A stretch of DNA of 64,000 nucleotides from an uncultured Nitrososphaeraceae archaeon (GTDB lineage Archaea > Thermoproteota > Nitrososphaeria > Nitrososphaerales > Nitrososphaeraceae), in assembly GCA_963729045.1 (NCBI GenBank), contig CAVSMN010000012.1:32001-96000 (forward strand), written 5' to 3'. How positions within the stretch are numbered: the first letter of the stretch is position 1; every line of letters starts with the position of its first letter. Position numbers and translations under genes: made by a program. A model generated the notes under the pieces. It did no database searches. It had not been told where the DNA came from and saw only the letters and a program-made list of their open reading frames with translations. Of this stretch, positions 55,501-64,000 are shown one piece after another.

Positions 55501-57345
55501 ATGATTGCTGATCAGAAATTTGTCAATACTGTTAAGTTGATAGCATTGAAGAATGCTCTGGAGTTTAACAACACAATAAAAATTGACGTTGTTATTTCAA
55601 AGACTTTTTCAATTTCTAAGGACATGGGAGCGAATATTAATATAAAAGAATTGATTCCAGAAATTAAAGAAATTACTAGTGAATTAAGAGATCTTTCAGT
55701 TCATGAAAAAAAGACACTTTATGACTCTATTATCTTGGAAAATAATCATTATTTAAAACATGTCAAAAGTGAAATGGGGGCAACCGATAATATCCAAAAG
55801 GATTCAGAAAATAAAAAGACCAAAACCTCAACTGGAAAGGATATCGAATTTGAACTCCCAAATCTGGAAGGGGCAGTTCAAGGTAAAGTAGTAACAAGAT
55901 TTCCTCCCGAACCCAATGGCTATCCTCATATCGGTCATGCTAAAGCTGCGGTAATTGACGAAGAATATGCTAGGAAATATGGAGGAAAGTTGATCTTGCG
56001 ATATGATGATACTAATCCTCAAAAAGAAAAAATTGAATATTATAGTGCTATAAAAGATGGTCTTGACTGGCTTCAAGTAAGACCAGACGAGATTAAGAAT
56101 ACTTCTGATGATATTGTTAAAATTTATGAATATGGGAAGGAGTTAATCCGGAGAAATTTTGCTTACGTTTGTTCTTGTTCACCAGAAGACATAAAGAGTA
56201 ACCGCCTAAATGCGATTGCGTGTGAATGTACTAATAAATCGATTGAAAATAACTTGTCTGAATTTGAAAGTATGATCGCAGGAAATTACGACCAGAATCA
56301 AGCAATCCTGAGGTACAGGGGTAATATGGCCAGTCTAAACACGGCAATGCGGGATCCAACCCTTTTTAGGGTCATAAAAGGTGGTCAACACCCTAAGGTT
56401 GGATCAAAATATTCATTATGGCCTACTTATGATTTTGCTGCACCTATAGAGGATAGCCTCGACGGCGTCACTCATGCCTTTAGGACAAAAGAATACGAAT
56501 TACGAAATGAACTGTATTTTTCCATCTTAGATAATTTGTCTTTAACAAAACCAAAACTGATTGAATTCTCTAGGTTGGAATTTGAAGGCATTCCAGTTTC
56601 TAAGAGGAAAATTACGCCCTTGATTGAAAAGGGAATAATAAAGAATTGGGATGATCCCAGATTGCCTACCCTCTTGGGATTGAGAAGACGTGGGATCCTG
56701 CCTGAAGCTATAAGGAAATTTGTTCTTTCCCTCAGTATTACACTATCAGAAACAAAACCCTCAATGGAAATATTGGAATCATTTAATAGGAAATTGCTGG
56801 ACTCCAAAGCACAAAGACTCTTTTTTGTCAAGTGTCCAGTCAGAGTGAAAATAGACACGCTTGATATCGATACAGTTGAGATAAGAAATCATCCTACTCT
56901 TGACATGGGCAAGAGGAAGGTGCGGGTAGGAAATATAATTTATATATCTAACGATGATGCAATTAAACTAAAAATCGGAGATACATTAAGATTAATGGAC
57001 TTATGCAATATAGAAATTTTGTCAATTGAAAAAAATCTCAGCAAGGATGATAACGGCGAAAATGAGCCTAATATTGTTATTAATGCAAAAAATAAGGGAA
57101 ATGTAATTTCTCATAATATACCAAAGGTTCAGTGGGTATCAAAGTCCGACTCTCAAAATTATAGGATTTTAAGGCCATTACCTCTTTACGAAGGAGACAA
57201 ATACAATGAAAATAATTTAATAGTGGATTGTGGATTAGCTGAATCCTATATATCAAAACTTGACATTGGAACTGTGATTCAATTTGTTAGATATGGATTC
57301 TGTAAGATTGATGACAACTCTACTGCAATATTTACACATAGGTGA
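55501..57345 (+). CDS. gltX: Glutamate-tRNA ligase
   Basis: TRFPPEPNGYPHIGH, PTYDF, SKRK and WDDPRLPT motifs. Confidence 0.96.
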   Translation: MIADQKFVNTVKLIALKNALEFNNTIKIDVVISKTFSISKDMGANINIKELIPEIKEITSELRDLSVHEKKTLYDSIILENNHYLKHVKSEMGATDNIQKDSENKKTKTSTGKDIEFELPNLEGAVQGKVVTRFPPEPNGYPHIGHAKAAVIDEEYARKYGGKLILRYDDTNPQKEKIEYYSAIKDGLDWLQVRPDEIKNTSDDIVKIYEYGKELIRRNFAYVCSCSPEDIKSNRLNAIACECTNKSIENNLSEFESMIAGNYDQNQAILRYRGNMASLNTAMRDPTLFRVIKGGQHPKVGSKYSLWPTYDFAAPIEDSLDGVTHAFRTKEYELRNELYFSILDNLSLTKPKLIEFSRLEFEGIPVSKRKITPLIEKGIIKNWDDPRLPTLLGLRRRGILPEAIRKFVLSLSITLSETKPSMEILESFNRKLLDSKAQRLFFVKCPVRVKIDTLDIDTVEIRNHPTLDMGKRKVRVGNIIYISNDDAIKLKIGDTLRLMDLCNIEILSIEKNLSKDDNGENEPNIVINAKNKGNVISHNIPKVQWVSKSDSQNYRILRPLPLYEGDKYNENNLIVDCGLAESYISKLDIGTVIQFVRYGFCKIDDNSTAIFTHR

Positions 57346-57354
57346 TATTAAAAA

Positions 57355-58224
57355 ATGAAAATAGCAAGGATTAGATTGAAAAATTCAGTAGAATCATATG
57401 GAATTGTCTCTGAAGACGGGAAGAAAATAATTACTAAGGAACAAATACAGGAAAAGACTGGAGTTCCTATCCCACCTCGAATCAAGGAATTCTTGTTTGG
57501 TGGTTGGCTGGCAGAAGTAAATTCTGTTGGAGCTAAACTTACTTACGATTTACCAATAAATGAAGTTGATTTGTTGGCTCCACTTCCCAATCCGCCTAAA
57601 ATTATTTGTTTAGCTTTTAATTACTATGATCATGCTCGAGATGCAGGATTAACTCCTTCTGAAGAACCTGTAATATTCCTAAAACCCAGAACGGCGTTAA
57701 ATTCACCTCATGGAAATGTCATCTCCCCCTCTTATGTAAAGCGACTAGATTATGAAGCCGAAATAGCCGTCATTATCGGAAGACAAGTCAAAAAAATTTC
57801 TGAAGAAGATTCATTAGATGCCGTATTTGGTTACATGATATTCCATGATGTTTCTGCGCGAGATATCCAGTTTAGAGATAAGCAGTTCACACGAGGTAAA
57901 AGTATTGATACATTTGCTCCATGCGGCCCTTGGATAACGACTAAGGATGAGATTCAAGATCCTCAAAAACTACGCATTACGACCAAAGTAAATGGCGAAT
58001 TAAGACAAAATTCGTCAAGTAGCAACATGGTAATTCCGATTAGAAAAATAATATCTTCTTTGAGTGATCTCATCACAATCGAACCCGGAGATATCATATC
58101 TACTGGTACCCCTGCGGGAGTAGCTATGTCAATGAAAGAGCCTAGGTATTTGAAACATGATGATATAGTAGAGATTTCTATTGAGGGATTGGGAACGATC
58201 CGAAATCGGATCCTGTTTAGTTAA
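57355..58224 (+). CDS. Fumarylacetoacetate hydrolase family protein
   Basis: DYEAE, DVSARD, GKSIDTF and TGTPAGV motifs. Confidence 0.93.
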   Translation: MKIARIRLKNSVESYGIVSEDGKKIITKEQIQEKTGVPIPPRIKEFLFGGWLAEVNSVGAKLTYDLPINEVDLLAPLPNPPKIICLAFNYYDHARDAGLTPSEEPVIFLKPRTALNSPHGNVISPSYVKRLDYEAEIAVIIGRQVKKISEEDSLDAVFGYMIFHDVSARDIQFRDKQFTRGKSIDTFAPCGPWITTKDEIQDPQKLRITTKVNGELRQNSSSSNMVIPIRKIISSLSDLITIEPGDIISTGTPAGVAMSMKEPRYLKHDDIVEISIEGLGTIRNRILFS

Positions 58225-58306
58225 TTAGAGTATATTAAAAATCTAACCCGAAATATGATATTTGTCGTAATCTCTTGTGATTATTCCTATCCTATAGTTT
58301 CAGATT

Positions 58307-58618
58307 CTAAGGTTTTTCGTACAACGCCTTTTTTAACTCATTCTCTAATAGTAAACAATATTGTTTGTAAGTTTCTACCAATTGTTCCCTGATATTAGCT
58401 AACTGCATTGACTGGTTGAGAGTTTGTACGCAACTCTCAAGTGATCTCTCAGAGGCGAATAGTTCCATATTTAATTTAAATTTCTTTACCAGTTCTCTCT
58501 GCTCATCACTGATTTCTTCAATTGATTTAATAATTGACTCGATATTTTCATTTAATTGCCTCGTCTCCCTGCCGTCATCCACATTGAGGTGTTTTCGCAA
58601 AAATATCAAACTAAACAC
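58307..58618 (-). CDS. Hypothetical coiled-coil protein
   Basis: Helical charged ORF; start uncertain. Confidence 0.55.
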   Translation of the reverse strand: MFSLIFLRKHLNVDDGRETRQLNENIESIIKSIEEISDEQRELVKKFKLNMELFASERSLESCVQTLNQSMQLANIREQLVETYKQYCLLLENELKKALYEKP

Positions 58619-58913
58619 TGGTTGTGCGCATATTTAATTATTTATTTGTTAAGAAGTTCCATGATGCAATTTACCACAAATCTATGACATGTTTAATTCA
58701 CTAGTCTGCAAGTCACATTGTAACTAATATCGGCACAGAAATTCAATTGGTATGATGTATATTCTTGTCTCTTAATCGACATTGCTGTAGAGTCGCAAGG
58801 TGTAGGAAAGTAAAACATGGCATCCTAAACTCAACAGGAGGGTTTTCATATGATTTACAACATATAACAAAGAAATATGTATAATACCCTTTGGCGACTA
58901 AATAATTTAGTTA

Positions 58914-60111
58914 TTGAAATTTGATATAGCTATTGTAGGAGGAGGACCAGCGGGATTATCTGCTGCATATTCTGCATCTAAACAGGGTGCAAAGGTAATC
59001 CTTTTTGAAAAGGATCCTTCGTTTGGTCATAATATTAGGACCAGCGGCGTTACCTGGATCAAAGAAATTGAAAAATTCGATATTACGGAGGAATATTATA
59101 ATCCAATCAGAAATTATTCCTTCGTCTCTCCGACTAATCAAATTAAGATTTCTGGGACACTTAATTCTGCATGTGTCCTTGATGTCAGAAAGACCTATCA
59201 ATATTTAGCATCTAGCGCAGCTTCTGAAGGTAGTACTTTGATGGTTAAAAGCCAAGTCATTGATGTTAAAAAAAATTCACAAGGACATTCAAGCATTTTG
59301 AAAGTAAATTCTCCTAATGGACCATTGGATGTGGAGGCAACTTTAGTAATAGATGCATCTGGCTTTACAAGTTTTGTATCACAGGAAATTAGGATATGTT
59401 GGATCGTGGGGGCGATATGGCATAGGTGCGGAATATGAGTGTTATTGTGATGATGTGGACAAAGAAACTTTATGCCTTATGGTAGGGCAGATTTATTCTG
59501 ACGCCGGTTATGCATGGGTTTTTCCTCTGTCTAAAAATCGCATTAGAATAGGGGTGGGTATCGGGAAGCCAAATTCAGACACCGACCCATTATCCAAATT
59601 AAACCAAATCATCAAAAGTCGTTTGCCTCCACTGAATACACTTGGGAAAATTCAACCTTTGGAGCTTCATTACGGTATGATTCCAAATGAAGGATTGCGT
59701 ACAAATAGTGTCTTTGATGGCTTGATTATGGTTGGAGATACTGTGGGTCAGGCAAATCCCCTGGTTCTAGAAGGCATAAGATACGCCATAGAGTTTGGAC
59801 GTTTGGCTGGGAGGGTAGGAGCTGAATCATTGCAATACAATTCATCCAGAGATTCTTTAAGGCCCTACGAAGTAGCAAACAAGAATCTCCTTGAAAAAAA
59901 AATAAAGTCCGCTTTAAAGGTTCAGTCAAGATGGCTTGGTTTATCTGATTCAGAATGGGACAAAGAAATTGAAATAATAAAAGAATTATCAATAGATGAA
60001 TTTTTAGATTTCATAAAGTCAGATTTTACTTATACTAAAATGGCTAAATTAGCTCTTAATCATCCCAAAATGATGGTTAAGCAATTGTTTAATCTCGTAT
60101 TAAACAAATAG
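58914..60111 (+). CDS. Geranylgeranyl reductase-family flavoprotein, frameshifted near 59382
   Basis: VGGGPAG, IDASG, GYAWVFP and VGD...NPLVLEGI motifs. Confidence 0.88.
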
Positions 60112-60153
60112 TTTTTTTATGAACATCAAATAAGAAGATATAAATATCTTATA

Positions 60154-60546
60154 TTGTCAGCCACATTTAATTTGGCAGGAGAAACCGCTACACAATTTCT
60201 TCCAATATTATATTTATTTGGATTTGGGATTTTAGTTGGGGTACCCGCAATAATCATGTCGCGGTTGTTTATGACAAGAAGAAGGTATAATCCAGTAAAA
60301 TTCCTTCCAATGGAATGTGGTCAAGTACCTTCAGGCGAAGGACGATCTCATTTTATGATGCAGTATTATTCTTATATCCTAATGTTTGTCGTCTTTGATG
60401 TAATGTCAATTTTTCTGTATGCTTGGGGTGTTACCTTTTTTTCCATCCCTAAAGAAGCGACTTTGCCTATGATAGGATTTTTGGGAATTATGTTTGCTGC
60501 AATGGGGTATGCATTATTCTTGGCAGGGAGAAAAGGAATCTGGTAA
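60154..60546 (+). CDS. nuoA: NADH-quinone oxidoreductase subunit A
   Basis: MECG and FVVFDV motifs; 3 TM helices. Confidence 0.92.
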   Translation: MSATFNLAGETATQFLPILYLFGFGILVGVPAIIMSRLFMTRRRYNPVKFLPMECGQVPSGEGRSHFMMQYYSYILMFVVFDVMSIFLYAWGVTFFSIPKEATLPMIGFLGIMFAAMGYALFLAGRKGIW

Positions 60547-60607
60547 TCATGTTGAACCCAATAGATATTAATAACTTGAATTGTAATTATCTATCAAGTG
60601 TAGAGGT

Positions 60608-61123
60608 ATGATAAAGGATCTCGTTAACCCTACCCATTTTAATGTTTTAGTGTCAAAGCTAGGTGATGTTTTGGTCAAAGCTTTGGAGGAACCATTAGGC
60701 TACGCAATTAACTGGGGCCGTGTTTGGTCACTATGGCCCGTTCACTTGGAAACTGCTTGTTGTAGTGTAGAATTTGGTGCTGTTTCAAGTCCGCGCTATG
60801 ACGCTGAACGGTTTGGAATACTGGAAGCTTTTGGTTCATTAAGACAGTGCGATTTGATAGTAGTTCAAGGAACAGTAACCAGGAAAATGGCACCTAGGCT
60901 CAGGATGGTTTATGATCAAATGCCTGAGCCAAAATATGTTATTGCTATGGGAGCCTGTGCGATAACGGGGGGACTATATCTAGATTCATACAATGTTTTG
61001 CCTGGGATAGATAGCATTGTGCCCGTAGATGTTTATGTCCCAGGCTGTCCTCCTAGACCTGAAACTTTAATTCAAGGTACAATGTTGTTGCAAGAAAAAA
61101 TTAAAAGGTCGAAAATAAAATAA
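60608..61123 (+). CDS. nuoB: NADH-quinone oxidoreductase subunit B
   Basis: TACCSVE, MGACA and PGCPPRPE motifs. Confidence 0.96.
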   Translation: MIKDLVNPTHFNVLVSKLGDVLVKALEEPLGYAINWGRVWSLWPVHLETACCSVEFGAVSSPRYDAERFGILEAFGSLRQCDLIVVQGTVTRKMAPRLRMVYDQMPEPKYVIAMGACAITGGLYLDSYNVLPGIDSIVPVDVYVPGCPPRPETLIQGTMLLQEKIKRSKIK

Positions 61124-61653
61124 TGGAAAAAGACAATACTCAAAATAATCAAACGAACTTGATGGAAGTAAAAGAAGAAAAGAGTAATTTACTATCTAAT
61201 AGTCTCATTAATTCTATTACTACTAATTTTGGAGATCAAGTTAAACTCGTATATAAAAAGGAAAACCGATCCAAGATAATGGTGAGCCCAGAAAATCTTG
61301 TAGAAACGGCTCTATATTTAAGAAATAATCATGGATTTGATCATGCTGAATCAGCTTCAGGGACTGACTATCCCGCTGACAATCAAATTGAAATTAATTA
61401 TCATTTGGGTTCGTATAGTAATACAGATTATTATCCTTACATTGTAGTGTTATCAACGAGAGTCGATCGAACCGATCCCAAGTCGAATAGCTTGATAAAT
61501 ATATTTCCAAGTGTAGAATACCATGAACGGGAAACATATGAAATGCTGGGTGTATATTTTTTGGGACATCCACGTAATGAACGCTTTATATTGCCTGAAG
61601 ATTGGGCGGATATGCCACCTCTCAGAAAGGATTTCCGCATAAAGGGAAGATGA
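61123..61653 (+). CDS. nuoC: NADH-quinone oxidoreductase subunit C
   Basis: ERETYEMLG...GHP...PLRKDF. Confidence 0.94.
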   Translation: MEKDNTQNNQTNLMEVKEEKSNLLSNSLINSITTNFGDQVKLVYKKENRSKIMVSPENLVETALYLRNNHGFDHAESASGTDYPADNQIEINYHLGSYSNTDYYPYIVVLSTRVDRTDPKSNSLINIFPSVEYHERETYEMLGVYFLGHPRNERFILPEDWADMPPLRKDFRIKGR

Positions 61654-61660
61654 TAATGAA

Positions 61661-62821
61661 ATGAGCAGTCTGGAAGAAAAAATCGATGAGGCAAAGAAAT
61701 TATCACTTCAAATAACAAAGGAAACTGAAGATGATAAGTTAATGACTTTGAGTGTTGGTCCACAGCATCCAGGGTCCGGCCATTTTAGATTTACCATTAA
61801 AGTAGATGGAGACTATATTGTATTTGTAGATCCTGACCCCGGCTATGTTCATAGGGGGCATGAAAAAATGTGCGAATATAGAAATCACTTTCAAAACATA
61901 CCCCATTTAGAGCGCCCCGTGATTCATGATTCTTGTAACATTACATATTCATACAGTTTGGCTGTGGAGGATCTTGTGGGCATCACAGTTCCTAGAAGGG
62001 GTCAATTTATTAGAGCACTTGCATCGGAGCTTAGTAGACTTTCTTACACATTGTATTGGCTAGCAATATATGGAATATTCTTGGGACATTCAACAATGTT
62101 TATGTGGCCTGCAGGAGATAGAGAATTACTTATCGATTTATTAGAGCGATTGAGTGGGGCAAGAGTAACTAATGCTTTCAATATTCCAGGTGGAGTCAGA
62201 AATGATATTCCATACAATTTTAAAGAAAAATGTTTAGCCCAAGTCAATTATTTTGAAACACGGCTAAAAGAATATGATGATATTTTTTATAACAATCCTT
62301 TGCTAAGACAAAGAACTGAGGGTGTTGGAATATTAACCAAAGAAGATGCGATTAAACTAGGGGTAACAGGATCTGTTCTAAGGGCATCGGGAGTACCATT
62401 TGATGTCAGGAAAGTGGAGCCATATGACGTTTATGATGAAATCGATTTTAATGTTCAATACATGAAAACATGCGATTCTTTTGCAAGAGCATACGTTCCT
62501 GTACTGGATATGCGTGAGTCATGTCACATAATCAGACAATTATTAGATAAGATGCCAGAGTCAGGAGACGTAAGAGAAAAATTGCAATTTAATATTAAAA
62601 GCTCCCCTGGAGAAACATACAAGAGGGTGGAATCAGGACGAGGCGCGTTGGGATATCACGTAGTGAGTGATGGGAGTCCAAGGCCATATAGGGTAAAGGC
62701 ATCGGTAGGTTCATTTAGGAATTTGCTTGCTTTACCTTTCTTGTTAACTGGATCGAAATTAGGTGATATGCCTGCAATATATTGGTCTCTAAATTATTGG
62801 CCGGTGGAGGCTGACAGATAG
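61661..62821 (+). CDS. nuoD: NADH-quinone oxidoreductase subunit D
   Basis: GPQHP, GYVHRGHEK and GVTGSVLRASG motifs. Confidence 0.95.
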   Translation: MSSLEEKIDEAKKLSLQITKETEDDKLMTLSVGPQHPGSGHFRFTIKVDGDYIVFVDPDPGYVHRGHEKMCEYRNHFQNIPHLERPVIHDSCNITYSYSLAVEDLVGITVPRRGQFIRALASELSRLSYTLYWLAIYGIFLGHSTMFMWPAGDRELLIDLLERLSGARVTNAFNIPGGVRNDIPYNFKEKCLAQVNYFETRLKEYDDIFYNNPLLRQRTEGVGILTKEDAIKLGVTGSVLRASGVPFDVRKVEPYDVYDEIDFNVQYMKTCDSFARAYVPVLDMRESCHIIRQLLDKMPESGDVREKLQFNIKSSPGETYKRVESGRGALGYHVVSDGSPRPYRVKASVGSFRNLLALPFLLTGSKLGDMPAIYWSLNYWPVEADR

Positions 62822-64000
62822 TGGGTTCGCTGACTCCCGATTTTAGATTCGGGAATTTCGTAGCTAGTATTGTTTGGCTCTTATTTGTAGTGCTAGCATT
62901 AGTTACCGTACTCATTCTTCCGATAATCTTTTTTACGTTATTTTATGTTCCATTGCCCGTAGTTGAAGGAGAAGTTTTGACCCCCTATCTTTTCTTTTCA
63001 ATGATGGTTGATCCGTCTAGGACACTACCTATCCTTCAATTTTTCATGCATACCGACCTCTTTAGAGCAGCAGTTTTTCCTGGGTTTGTATTTGCGGCTC
63101 TGATAGCAGCAGTTACAATATTTGTCGAACGTAAATTGCTAGCTAAAATGCAATTGCGTGTAGGACCACTATACGCTGGTAAAGTTGAAGGTATTTTCCA
63201 ATTATTAGCGGATGGGCTAAAACTTCTTACAAAGGAGATTATAGTACCTTCGGGAGCTGATAAGCCCATATTCTGGTTGGCTCCAATAATGTTTGTGGCT
63301 ACTGCCGCGGCGGTAGTGGCGTTAATTCCAGTAGCCCCAGGTTGGGTAGTTGCTGATGTTGACGTAGGGTTAATAGCTGCCTTTGCAATACTTGGGTTCT
63401 TTCCATTAATCGCGTTGTTATTTTCATGGGCAAGTAACAGCAAATATCCATTCATAGGCGGATTAAGGGCCCTCCACCAGATGATCGCCTTTGAGATACC
63501 GTTTTTCTTATCCGCCTTGCCGGTTGTTCTTTTATCATCATCTCTTAATCTCACGGAGATTGCCAGGTCACAATATATGATCTGGAATATTTTTTTACTT
63601 CCGATTAACGCTTTTGTATTTTTCATATCTTCTTTGGCTGAATTAGAAAGGATCCCATTCGATTTGCCCGAAGCCGAAAGTGAAATAGTTGCAGGCTGGT
63701 TAACTGAGACTACTGGAATGATTTATGGATTAATACAGCTTGGTAGCTATTTGAAACTATACGCTCTTGCAGGATTGTTTGTAACCCTCTTTTTAGGTGG
63801 ATGGTATGGACCACAAATATTTCCTCCCGAATTAATTCCTGGGGCTCATGAATCTAATTTACCGTTGCTGCAAATGTTAGCCTTAGATGGGGTATACAAT
63901 GCGATTACAGTAAACGGCGTATTCTGGTTTTTGGTGAAAACAATTGTGATCATCTTTTTGATGTTGATAATTAGAGGTATCAATCCGAGAATTAGAATTG
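62821..64000 (+). CDS. nuoH: NADH-quinone oxidoreductase subunit H (runs off the window end)
   Basis: GTG at 62821; ERKLLAKMQLRVGP, ADGLKLLTKE and PFDLPEAESE motifs. Confidence 0.93.
   Translation, partial: MGSLTPDFRFGNFVASIVWLLFVVLALVTVLILPIIFFTLFYVPLPVVEGEVLTPYLFFSMMVDPSRTLPILQFFMHTDLFRAAVFPGFVFAALIAAVTIFVERKLLAKMQLRVGPLYAGKVEGIFQLLADGLKLLTKEIIVPSGADKPIFWLAPIMFVATAAAVVALIPVAPGWVVADVDVGLIAAFAILGFFPLIALLFSWASNSKYPFIGGLRALHQMIAFEIPFFLSALPVVLLSSSLNLTEIARSQYMIWNIFLLPINAFVFFISSLAELERIPFDLPEAESEIVAGWLTETTGMIYGLIQLGSYLKLYALAGLFVTLFLGGWYGPQIFPPELIPGAHESNLPLLQMLALDGVYNAITVNGVFWFLVKTIVIIFLMLIIRGINPRIRI

Noticed and set aside
63036..63626. 196-aa minus-strand ORF
   Set aside because: Antisense to nuoH, which the ORF track misses because it runs off the window

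Overview
AT-rich archaeal chromosomal segment. Gene content and protein families point to an ammonia-oxidising Nitrososphaeraceae genome, most like Ca. Nitrosocosmicus (inferred, not database-confirmed). About 1-41.6 kb is accessory. It holds secreted and membrane proteins, an orphan ParB with an adjacent 22-bp palindrome, a 15-repeat TPR protein, CDF and MFS transporters, a duplicated winged-helix gene, HtrA, redox enzymes, a solo Cas4-like nuclease and a putative GNAT toxin-antitoxin pair. It also holds three genes of a secreted Gln/Asn-rich CVSG-x5-[SA]CNN repeat family. A 7.8-kb integrated element (33766-41570) is bounded by a perfect 25-bp direct repeat. It carries a tyrosine integrase, a wHTH plus Rep_trans-like gene, an IS6-type remnant and secreted cargo. 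About 41.6-64 kb is core: NUDIX, radical SAM, FNR, BCP, tRNA-Leu(GAG), rpoN-eno-rps2-MEMO1-mvk-ipk-fni-GGPP synthase-gltX-FAH, a geranylgeranyl reductase-family gene and nuoABCDH. Many genes, including essential ones, are split by single-base insertions. These are most likely long-read consensus errors, so pseudogene calls are provisional. No CRISPR array or rRNA was seen.
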